DNA of 63,085 nucleotides, counting the filler, from Hausera hauseri (Eukaryota), in assembly GCA_046269625.1 (NCBI GenBank). It is 10 parts of 10 records of this genome, joined end to end, with 100 filler letters (N's around TTAATTAATTAA, not from the genome) between each part and the next. Parts side by side here need not be neighbours in the genome. Positions count along the whole stretch, not along the records: positions 24,975 to 33,524 come from JBJURY010604332.1; positions 33,625 to 38,116 come from JBJURY010555785.1; 8 more parts are not named here. One strand, given 5' to 3'. Shown here one piece after another: positions 25,401-35,409 of this stretch. Under the pieces are notes generated by a model, which searched no databases, had not been told where the DNA came from, and saw nothing but the letters and a program-made list of their open reading frames with translations. Position 1 is the first letter of the stretch. Each line of letters begins with the position of its first letter. Position numbers and translations under genes: made by a program.

Positions 25401-28199
25401 GCCATCTGTGGTAAACGAGGTGATATAAGTTTGATCATTGAAATGCAAGATCTACGCAGATCCGTAAGAAATCTATGCGAAACTACAAACCCTCAAATAA
25501 TGAACGCTAGAAAAGAATACGAAAAGAAATTACGATTGATGGAAGTTTATCATGGATTAAGAGAACCACAAGCTGAAGAAGAATGGGCACTAGCACCAAA
25601 TAATACTAATATGGCGCATAAGAAATCTATTCCGCAAGGAATAGCACAGTCGGAGAAACCACCGACATCTCAAAATGTAGAAATAGAAGCAGTAACACAT
25701 AATCCAGATGAAACAACGGATGAAGTCGAAAGTGAATTTATCGGACCCTTAGTTCTCAAGATAACGAAGAATATAGGTAGAAGCCCATCGCCTAAGAGAA
25801 AATCTAAGACACGATCACGATCGCCCATTAAAAGGGATACAGAATAAAAAAGAGATTTTCATACTGCTATCCTAAGAGATGACTCGCCCTTAGAGATTTC
25901 TATTACGCCTATAGGGATTCCATAAGTGTTAGAAACGCCAGAGATGATAAATGTTAATGACGAAATAAACGAAATTTGTCCGATTCCCGCTAGTGAAGAA
26001 GAAACGGACGATAATAATGATCCGGATGCGAGAAAATGGAAAGTTCGACGTTCATGGAAAAATGCTGATAAATTAAAGAGGATGAAAATTAAATGTCACA
26101 ATCCAGAAATACTCCGACATAATTTAGAAAGGCTTAAACAAATCAGTAAACAAACAGATATATCGGGTAAGGGATAACAGTTTGCGGAGAAATTATACCA
26201 ATGTTTAAAATTATGCAGTGAAGGGCAACTCGATAAAGCAATTGAAGTAATACAACCGGAAGAAGAACCACGAGATACGTTGATAAAATGGAACCACGAA
26301 TTAGAGTCATGGATTAAAAGTGGAGTAGAATTTTCGGAAGGATAGAGTAAGGACGAGGATAGCGTCGACATAAGAGTCGCTGAAGCGAAAACATTACTAT
26401 CCAATTTAGAAGCAAATCCCAAGTTGAAAAGAGTAACACGCAACTTAGAACGTAAGATGGACGAAATACGTTATATAATGATAAATCGGCTTAGAGAAAA
26501 ACAGGTTAGCAATAGAAGTAATATCGATTTAGAAATATTGTGTATAGACCCTATGGACATTCCTCCTTTAATAGAGATGATAAAAATGGCCTTTGTCGAA
26601 AACAGACGATGTGCAGACTTAAAGAACCGCATCAAAGTGGAGAATGAAAAAAGATCACAGATCAATAGTTTAAGAAACCAAATTATGTTCCCAAGCCATG
26701 AGGAAACTCAATACGTAATGGAAGCTTGTATCGCAGAACTGGACGAATATAAGGACGAGTTTAGTTATGTCGGTCGGATTATGACTTTCCTAAGAGGACC
26801 GGACGATAAGTTAAAAGATGCGTATAAGATGTTAGATAAGGCTATAATGGCGAAACCAGTAATCGCAAATTAATTGTCGGAATGGTCCGAGCTAGTAAAC
26901 CGACTAAGCAAATTAGTAGAAGACCGAAAAAAAGAATTCCCGCAAAGTGAACCAATGGTAAAGAAGCAGGTAGAAGAAAGTGCACATAATCTAGGCACAA
27001 TGCGAATAGAAATAGATATCCGTAGCAAATTCAAAGCATTAAGAGGGTTAAAATTTATGAAAAGAGAACAAGAAATGTCAACATTGGAGGAGATCTATAA
27101 ATTGATCGAAGAGACGAACTTCACGGAAAAACGAAACATGATTTATGATGTAAACTTAAAGTTAAAGGTTGCTCGACTAGAAAGAATCCAATACTTAACG
27201 GTAAAACTGCTCGACAAAATATCAGCACAAGACACTGAAATCTTAGACATCTGTCCCGGACATCGAGATACGTTAACAGATGCCATAAAATTCTTGCATA
27301 AACCATAAGAATGGATGACCGGATCGGATCAGAATTTTCATACCAAGTTGACAAAATTAAGAGGCGACGTACACTTCAGCTTTCACGAACACAAGTTCGC
27401 AAAGAAATTATCGGATGCAATGGACCCAGACTCGAAAGTCATAAATAAGATATACGAGTTAGCTTATCTCTTGGTAGAAATGGCAGAAATTAGTAATGAG
27501 AAATGAGGCAATTGATGCCCAAGATACAGAAAGTAGAAGAAACATGTACTAAAACCAAACAAAGAGCAACAAGGTTGGACGAACTAACGAAAGAGCTTGG
27601 AGCTTATCGGAACAAATATGCTTTTACTGAGTCAGAGATCAAAAATAAACGAGAATTTATACAAAGATGGCAAAGAAACGTAATTATTGAACTAACTGAT
27701 TATCATCAAAAAGGATTCATTGATTTTAATGGATTAGGCTAACTACTAAAAAAGATTCAGTACGCTTGTGGGAACAGAATAGGTTTCCGAACTACACATA
27801 TGAAAGAAATACAACCAATGCTGAAAGAAATTCGAGAAAATGTGCAAAGAACAAACACAGCTCTAATAAACTGTGGACTCCCAGATATTGGGAATGAACC
27901 AGAATGGGATGCTTACTTAGAAGAAATAGCGGCTGAAAAACCAGTAACTCCAGTACATTTAGAAGAAATAGAAAGGTATCCGCAGAACAGGAAATTCAAT
28001 GTAGAAATGCTCCTCGACTCAGCATTAACCGAGAAGGACATGATGGAATCAGTTAACGTGAACATAACTGAAAATAAGCTCAGAGAGCTCATTCCGACCT
28101 TAACTAAATTATCTAGCGAGAATACAATTTATAACATAGTGCCAAAACTCCTTATAAAGAAGTATGCGAATATTCTGAGAACTTTACCTGAAGTAGTGA

Positions 28200-28420
28200 A
28201 GAAATTAATGATATCATTCGACTAGATAAAAGAAAAAGAGTGTGAAATGACTACTCATTCCTACGTAAAGGATGTAAGAGAATGGTTACTGAACAATGGC
28301 GGAACAAATGAGTTAAATTACAGATTTTACTTTAGAGGAAGAATACTCGACGATTTAGAACAACTAATAGATGTCGGAATCATTCCCGGCGAAACAAATC
28401 GGATAGTAATAATAATAGCC
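28200..28420 (+). pseudogene. Ubiquitin-like domain inside the retroelement polyprotein
   Basis: VKDVREWL..G....YRFYFRGRILDDLEQLIDVGIIPGET.IVI parallels ubiquitin [38 protein letters not shown]. Confidence 0.7.
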
Positions 28421-29109
28421 AACGAACAAACAAAAGAAGAAGACACGCGGAAGGCTAAAGCGGAACACTGTGCAGGACAAATCCTGGGAGTACGAGACGC
28501 AGCAATGTATTTTGAGTACTTACAGACGGATGAAGACAAGGAACAATACAAGAATCTAGTGCCATTAAGTGTACTGCCACCTAATGCTCCAAAACCGAAA
28601 CGACCAGTATGCAGACCTAGGAAGCCCCGAGAAGAAATCGACTATAACGGAGAACTAATCAAAGAGTTAAAACAGATGTCAATTCCCACTTTTAATACAT
28701 ATAATGAAGAATTAAGAGAGTTGATGAGAAATTTAAAACGTATCGTAAATTATTCGAGTCTCCGTGGAGGTACATTAGATGAAAAAGAGAGGGAAATGTT
28801 TAACACAGCTAGAAAAATGAGAAGTTCTCGTTTCAAACTGTCTAAAAGTAGTCTAACCGATGATGTAGTAGTTGAGAAGATCATGGTGGAGAATACGATA
28901 GAAGAGCTAAGAAAAGTATTATTATACTTGGCAATAAAGACAAATCCAACTCGAGAAAATAAACTAAATCAAGCCATGAGTTTGGCACGAAAGGCATCCA
29001 GGAAACTTCCGTGTGAAATAAACAGGCCAAGTGTGGTAACAATAGACTTGAAGACGCCTTACGGAACTTGACGACAACAGACAATATCAACAAGAAGAAT
29101 CAATCAAAT

Positions 29110-31039
29110 TTGTTAATCAGTTTACTCACTATAATGATGTTAATAAAGCAGATGGGTGCTGTCACCGTCTATGATTGTGATAAATTCAAGCTTGGACAAA
29201 AATATTCACTAAGACTTAGAAGCATGGAAAGATGCCAAACCACACAAATTGGAAACAAAAGAAAAGAACTACTTCCTATACCAACAACAAGAATTCATAT
29301 CTCTGGACGGCATGGAATGTATGCTGACACGATCTCGTAGCATTTTTCACTGCGGGTTAATGCATGGACACTCCTCGATAATTAAACCAACAACCCCTCC
29401 AATTCCAATGAATTTAGAAAGACAACATTGCAAACAAGTTTGAGGAACTCGAAGACTGAAATGGGATAGCATGGAATTAGAAATGCAACCCGGAAAAATA
29501 ATCAGAGCATATAAGATAGTAGCCGGAAGACTAGATCTGCATAATGGGCACTGTAGTGGACCGGAATACGATACCGGAAAAGGATTGGAAGAAAACGTAG
29601 TCATAGTAGACTTTTACGAATCGGAAATGCGAGTTCAGAAAGTAATGTTCCATAGTGTCACTAAGCTATATATAAGAATAAAAAATGTCACATGCAAGAC
29701 GGAACTTGCGCCTTCAGAAGTTCTGTCGTCATATGAGAACCGCCCACTGGAAAGGCCTGTAATTTTATTAAGATCAAAGAACTAAAATTTAACGGAAAAC
29801 GATACGTAGATAAATCCGACATCAGTTCAAGAGCATGTGAGGACGTATCAGAGCATCATACACCTACGATATTAATCTCTGATCAACATGGATTGAAATT
29901 CATAAAAAAGGAAATGATTTCGCGATGTGAAGTAGTAATGTTTACCACTAACTACGAAGCGTTCTTCGTCGTAGAAACGGAGATAAACGCGAAAACATAC
30001 AACTTAGAAACACAAGATATTAGAATTGAAGATTATCTGAAAAACCGAGATGATTATTTTTATTATAAAGGACAGGTTGGAATAGCAGAACTATACCACA
30101 AAATGATGACTAACGATTGCAAATTAGATACGGAAATCATGAGGACAAAATTAGCCCTCATTTATGCAAACCTGGAATTAGCCTCACCAATTATTCCCAT
30201 AACAGAAGGAATTTTTGGCCGGGTTACTGGTGAAGTTCTACTGACTTATGAATGCGAGAAAAGAGATGTACCAATTAATGTTGAAGAAAAACGATGTATA
30301 CAAGAGTTCCATGTAATCTACCAGAATGCGCCACGTCTAGCCATGCCCCTCAATAGAGTGTTGCTTGATAATGCAACCCAACCCACGATTTTAAAGGATT
30401 GTAAAGCAAGTTTTGGCGAACCAATGTTTAGGCGTAGAAAAACGGATTGTGTTAACTTACCCAATGGAGCTGTCACTATTATTCCTAAAAACTAACTGTA
30501 ACTAATTTAGCAAAAGGAATTACTGATGACAAGTTCCAGGATACGTCTCAAAAAGGCATTTATTGACCAAAAGAGATCGACGCTTTTCGACAATTTCTCG
30601 CTTTTCCACGACAGCGAACACACGAATTAAACCGAGCTATGGCATCATAGTAAATGACACCCGTTATTAGACTAAATGGGAATCCTTGCTTGGCGCGAAC
30701 TATTACCAACGAGTAACCACCGAAATACTCTGCAAAATATGGAGAAGATTTTTAATTTTTGGACAAGCTGCATCTGGATTCTTACCGATCTATTTTATAG
30801 TACAACTAGTAAATGCGGTAATCCAAGCGGTTATAAGCGGGTACGAAATATTTACGTTAACAGGATTTTCCTGTAAGATCTTAACTGCAATTGTCACACC
30901 GTTAGGCAAAATGCTCAAAGCGTATGAGGAAAATCGATGGAAAAATGACGTTGAACGCCATGTCGGCTATTATAATTACAAACGACGAGCAAGACCCATG
31001 TTTCGATTGAAACACAAGGTTAAAAAACAAATGACGTGA
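29110..31039 (+). pseudogene. env: Chuvirus-like (class III fusogen-type) envelope glycoprotein
   Basis: Signal-like LLISLLTIMMLIKQMGA then VYDC; ECMLTRSRSIFHCGLMHGHSS; LYHKMMTNDCKLD; GEVLLTYEC; CIQEFHVIY; TM IWRRFLIFGQAASGFLPIYFIVQLVNAVIQAVISGY..GFS..ILTA, matching recalled chuvirus G motifs. Confidence 0.8.
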
Positions 31040-31272
31040 AGAAACAATTCAGATGATGATGAGCCTAAGGGAGGAGAAGTAATCCTAGGACCAAATAGAC
31101 ACAAAATGTGTTCAGTAATCAAGGCACCTTTGCCCATCATGCCGCCAACGGCTCCAATATACGAAGATTGCGACAGAACATCTATGGTGTCATATAGACT
31201 GGCATTCTGTCAGAAACCTTTTAGCTATAAAGATCCTTTTAAGGAACAAAACAATACGGAGTAATTAAGAAA

Positions 31273-32523
31273 ATGCAGATCACTAACCAAAGACAAGCGG
31301 AAGATGACCATGAAATATTGTACTCACCGAGAATAGCTTGCAATATAAAGACAAAACCAACAGTCTGGGGAACTCCAGGAATGAAATCGTTCCAAAATCC
31401 GATAGTACAAGTACCATTAATTAGAAACAATGCGAAAAATATGGAAGTTAACAACTTGTACCCTAACGAAGAACTGAAACAGCTGACCGAAAATATTATT
31501 TCATCACCAGAAATAACAATAAACGGACATAAGATTTCTTCGATTAAACTACCAAAGGACGTGTCAAGTTGTTACGGGTCAGTTATGGAAGAAAGACCCT
31601 TCGCAAAAGTTACCATTAAAGATGGGGAAGTCTATGCCTTAATAGACACCGGATCGGAGAAATCATTTATAAAATTAGAATCAATACTGCCGACACTACG
31701 AAAACAACTGCAGACAGCATCATTATCAGACCCCGGCAGCATAGGAGCCTTCGGGCAAGAATCCAAACCAAAATTTAAATGGAGACCCTTGGTCCAGTTA
31801 ATGGGTCAAATTCCTAGACACGAGTTCGCCCTAATGGACCAACATACCGATGGCATAGTATTAGGATATGATATACTGAAACAATTACCTAATATCGCAA
31901 TAAATTTACAGATTGGAAAACTACTTGAAATTGGACCAGTGAAAGGGATTAAAACAATGAAAGAAAAGAAGCAAGGAGAAGTATGGATTCCTGTCGACGA
32001 AAATATTCCGCCTAAAACCGGAATGCTAATTTATGCTCAAATCCGCAAAGAGGATGACCAACTAGTATATTTTGAACCACAAGAGGACGTAAATCCAAAT
32101 ATCATACTTAGTAACATTTTGACAAGAGTAACGACAGGAAGAGTACTAGTCAGATTAGTTAATAACGCACCAATCTCTGTAAAATTGTACACCAATACTA
32201 CGTTGGGTCACACTTATAAGGTGTCAGCAATAATAATCGAAGAAAAACCATATAAATATGCTGAATTTCCACCTCATGTTGAAACAAAGTTTTCGCGGGA
32301 AGCATATTGCCAATTTTACGAACTACTATGCAAATATAAATCAATTATTGCCCAAAATGAAGAAGACATAGGTAAAGCGAAAACCTTAAGATTAACCATT
32401 CCATTAAAAAAGAAACTTGGCTCCAATGATGAAATTGAATTGGAAGAGCAAAAGATGTTAAAATGGTCCTCACCGCCACATTCGTTAAGGCCGGAAATAA
32501 CAAAAGCAGTAGAACGTGTGTAA
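31273..32523 (+). CDS. pro: Retropepsin aspartic protease and spacer domain
   Basis: VYALIDTGSEKSFI and GIVLGYDIL; open 416-aa segment of a broken polyprotein. Confidence 0.85.
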   Translation: MQITNQRQAEDDHEILYSPRIACNIKTKPTVWGTPGMKSFQNPIVQVPLIRNNAKNMEVNNLYPNEELKQLTENIISSPEITINGHKISSIKLPKDVSSCYGSVMEERPFAKVTIKDGEVYALIDTGSEKSFIKLESILPTLRKQLQTASLSDPGSIGAFGQESKPKFKWRPLVQLMGQIPRHEFALMDQHTDGIVLGYDILKQLPNIAINLQIGKLLEIGPVKGIKTMKEKKQGEVWIPVDENIPPKTGMLIYAQIRKEDDQLVYFEPQEDVNPNIILSNILTRVTTGRVLVRLVNNAPISVKLYTNTTLGHTYKVSAIIIEEKPYKYAEFPPHVETKFSREAYCQFYELLCKYKSIIAQNEEDIGKAKTLRLTIPLKKKLGSNDEIELEEQKMLKWSSPPHSLRPEITKAVERV

Positions 32524-33524
32524 AAAGCTGACATAATACGACCAAGCTATCGATCTTGGTACTCACCAATACTCATGGTTAAGAAAAAAAGGTATCACTA
32601 AACACCGGTTCTGTATAGATTACAGAGCCATAAACACACTTATGATGAAAGACTCATGTTCACTACCATCAGTAAAAGAAGCTCTAGATAGATTATCAGG
32701 AGCAAAATGGTTTACCACACTGGATTTACAATCCGGATACTGGGAAGTGGAAATTAAAAAAGATGATCGTTATAAAACAGCGTTCAAGACACACGACGGA
32801 GTTTATGAATTCAACGTTATGTTATTCGGTATAACAACCGGCCCAGCTATCTTCACCAGGATGATGAATAAAATGTTAATGGGACTTGATCATGCGTTCG
32901 CATATTTAGATGATGTAATGATAGCATCAAAAACAGAAAACGAACATCTAAAGGATATCGAGGATACTCTTATGCGATTGGAACAGGCAGGATTGAAACT
33001 GAACCAAAAGAAATGTAAGTGGGCACAAAATGCTGTATCTTATCTAGGACATATAGTCGGAGAAGAAGGGTCAAAACCAGATAATTCTTTACTAAACAAA
33101 ATATCGAATTGTATGGAATCCCAGAACCAGAAAGAGTTGCGACATTGATGAGGCCTATGTGGATATTATGCCACTTATCTGCCAGATAATTCAAAAATAA
33201 ATGCACCATTATATCTACTATTAAAAAAAGGAATCAAATGGAAATGGACCGATGCTGAACGAAAGGCGTTCGACGAAATGAAAAATATTTTAACAAGTGA
33301 ACCAGTGTTGAGATACCCCAATTTTAATTTACCCTATATAATTAAAACAAATGCAAGTAAAGAAGGGATTGGTTATGAATTGGCCAAAAAACGAGAAGAT
33401 GAAGAATTGGAGCATCCGATTGCATATGGAGGACTGGCGATCAAGAGGGCCGAGAAAAATTATTCAGTAACTGAACTAGAAACGCTAGCTGTAAAAGAAG
33501 CCTTAAGGCATTTCAACATTTACG
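32524..33524 (+). pseudogene. pol: Gypsy reverse transcriptase and RNase H
   Basis: RFCIDYRAIN, WFTTLDLQSGYWEV, KTAF, AYLDDVMI, IKTNASKEGIG, PIAYG..AEKNYSVTELE. Confidence 0.95.
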
Positions 33525-33624
33525 NNNNNNNNNNNNNNNNNNNNNNNNNNNNNNNNNNNNNNNNNNNNTTAATTAATTAANNNNNNNNNNNNNNNNNNNN
33601 NNNNNNNNNNNNNNNNNNNNNNNN
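33525..33624. other. Artificial contig spacer
   Basis: 44 N + TTAATTAATTAA + 44 N. Confidence 0.99.
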
Positions 33625-33835
33625 GTTGCTGGAAAACCAATCCGGCGAACCGTATGCTTTTTCGAAAGGCAGTGCAATCGCACAAATCGTTTTTCTTCGC
33701 TATGAAGAGGCGGAATTCAGTGTAATGTCACCGGAACAATGGAAACTGTTTTGTGTCAATGAATCGACAACACGAAATAAACGCAAAGAATTCGGCTTTC
33801 GTAATATGACAAAACCACCTATGTTTAATTTGTGA
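33625..33835 (+). pseudogene. dut: Trimeric dUTPase, C-terminal part
   Basis: LENQSGEPYAFSKGSAIAQIVF (motif IV-like) and TRNKRKEFG (motif V-like). Confidence 0.7.
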
Positions 33836-33903
33836 TAATAATAATTAGTTAGTTGTTTGCTTGTGTTATAAACAAAAATGATTTTGTAAAAAAATGATAA
33901 TTA

Positions 33904-34346
33904 ATGGCGACAGGATTTATAGATGATGATAATGGACGTCGGTAACATTTTCAAACCGCTTCTATACATATTCAAGCCCGATATTGTGTGGAAAGACCTG
34001 ACAAAAAGCGAAAATTACTAACGGATTTCTCTTTCGACATCGTCACGGACTTCATTGGTATGAAGGCAATTACATTTTATGTGCGACGTGTATTATGGGA
34101 GACATTTATGATCGTTTTGACATTGAAAATACCATATTTTACATTAAAGATCAAATTGAAGGACAAAAGTTTACACAACTCCATTCACAGTTTCCCGAGT
34201 TGCGACTGACGACGCATTCAACAACATCAGATAGCTCGCTAGCGATGGTACCTGACAATATCCGATGTCAGTATCGTGATCATGGACCGCATTGTGCTTA
34301 CAAAAAATGTTTACGGCTTTGTATTGACTATATTTCATGCAAATAA
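33904..34346 (+). pseudogene. Small Polinton-associated exonuclease-like protein (copy 1)
   Basis: YIFKP..W..L..FLFRHRHGLHWYEG..FYIKD..K..C.YRDHG.HCAYKKC across frameshifts. Confidence 0.55.
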
Positions 34347-34792
34347 ATATATACGTATTTCTCTGTTTCTTCTTTCTTTCTGTAAACAAGGTTCGTATTG
34401 GTCAACTGAATAGTTCAAAACTAGTGTATGTATCATTGTGATGAGACAATATATATCTTTGTTGTGATATAAGACAATACTTACAAAGTAAATGTTTATT
34501 GTTTACAATGAAAACAAAAGTTGATTTAAATATGGATGTTTTTTCATTTCACTTTGGCTCTGAAATGTCTGCACAACAAAACAACAGCATCTACAATAAC
34601 AACGACACTTCAATTGTGGCAGGTTGCAGTAAGTCCATTTCATTTTTACTTTTTGTCCTTAATATGTATTTATAATGCAACAGTGAGTACAAGTACGGCC
34701 CGTATTCCCTCAGACAGTCCAGAGTGTATAACGGGTACAGTCTACATTTCCTGCGAACCCCCATTCTAGTGAAATTATCAACACCGATCAAA

Positions 34793-35092
34793 ATGAACCA
34801 AGTAAAATATGGCCTGTTGACAAAGAAACTAGGTGACAGTGACTTTGATGCATCGGAGGAAACGATGAAGAAAGTGGTCAATGATTTGATGTTGTCCAAT
34901 GATATTCGGGACACATCCTCGCTTTTCCTTAAAGGCAACATGGCGAAAATCGTGCGTGCAGGTGGACAAACAGCAGTTTTGCCAACGGAAGGAGTAAAAG
35001 GATACCTGACAATGAAGCTGAAAGGATATAAGGAATTGTTTCGTATTAAATCGCCAATGTGGAAGTTGGGGAAGTTTACCCTAATGAATTGA
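34793..35092 (+). CDS. Hypothetical protein of the Polinton-like element
   Basis: Open, coding-like ORF MNQVKYG..SPMWKL.. followed by AATAAA; no recognised motif. Confidence 0.45.
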   Translation: MNQVKYGLLTKKLGDSDFDASEETMKKVVNDLMLSNDIRDTSSLFLKGNMAKIVRAGGQTAVLPTEGVKGYLTMKLKGYKELFRIKSPMWKLGKFTLMN

Positions 35093-35409
35093 CTTTAGTT
35101 TTTTAATGTTTTTAGTTTATGATTTGTAATAAAATTTATTTGAGTTTTTGTGTTGTGTTATGTTGTGTTGTGAAAAGTATCTGAGATTTTGAGTAATATG
35201 AGATTTTTTTTTCGATAACCCAACTTAGGCCACATTTCCATGTTATAAAACAGAAGACAAAAACTAGTGTACAAATACGTTATTGATCACGTGTACAGCA
35301 GATGAATGCAAAACAAACAAAAATCACAAATGTCAATGATCTGGCTGGTCTGAATTGCATCTTTGTACTGACTGAACTGTTTTGTTACTGATTGAATAAT
35401 GAACGTGTG

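Larger units (their letters stand above)
24975..33524 (+). mobile_element. Giant Gypsy-type LTR retroelement, internal part (gag - helical region - Ubl - envelope glycoprotein - PR - RT - RNase H), degenerate
   Basis: Gap-free coding-like sequence over the whole contig, broken only by point stops and frameshifts; domains listed below. Confidence 0.9.
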
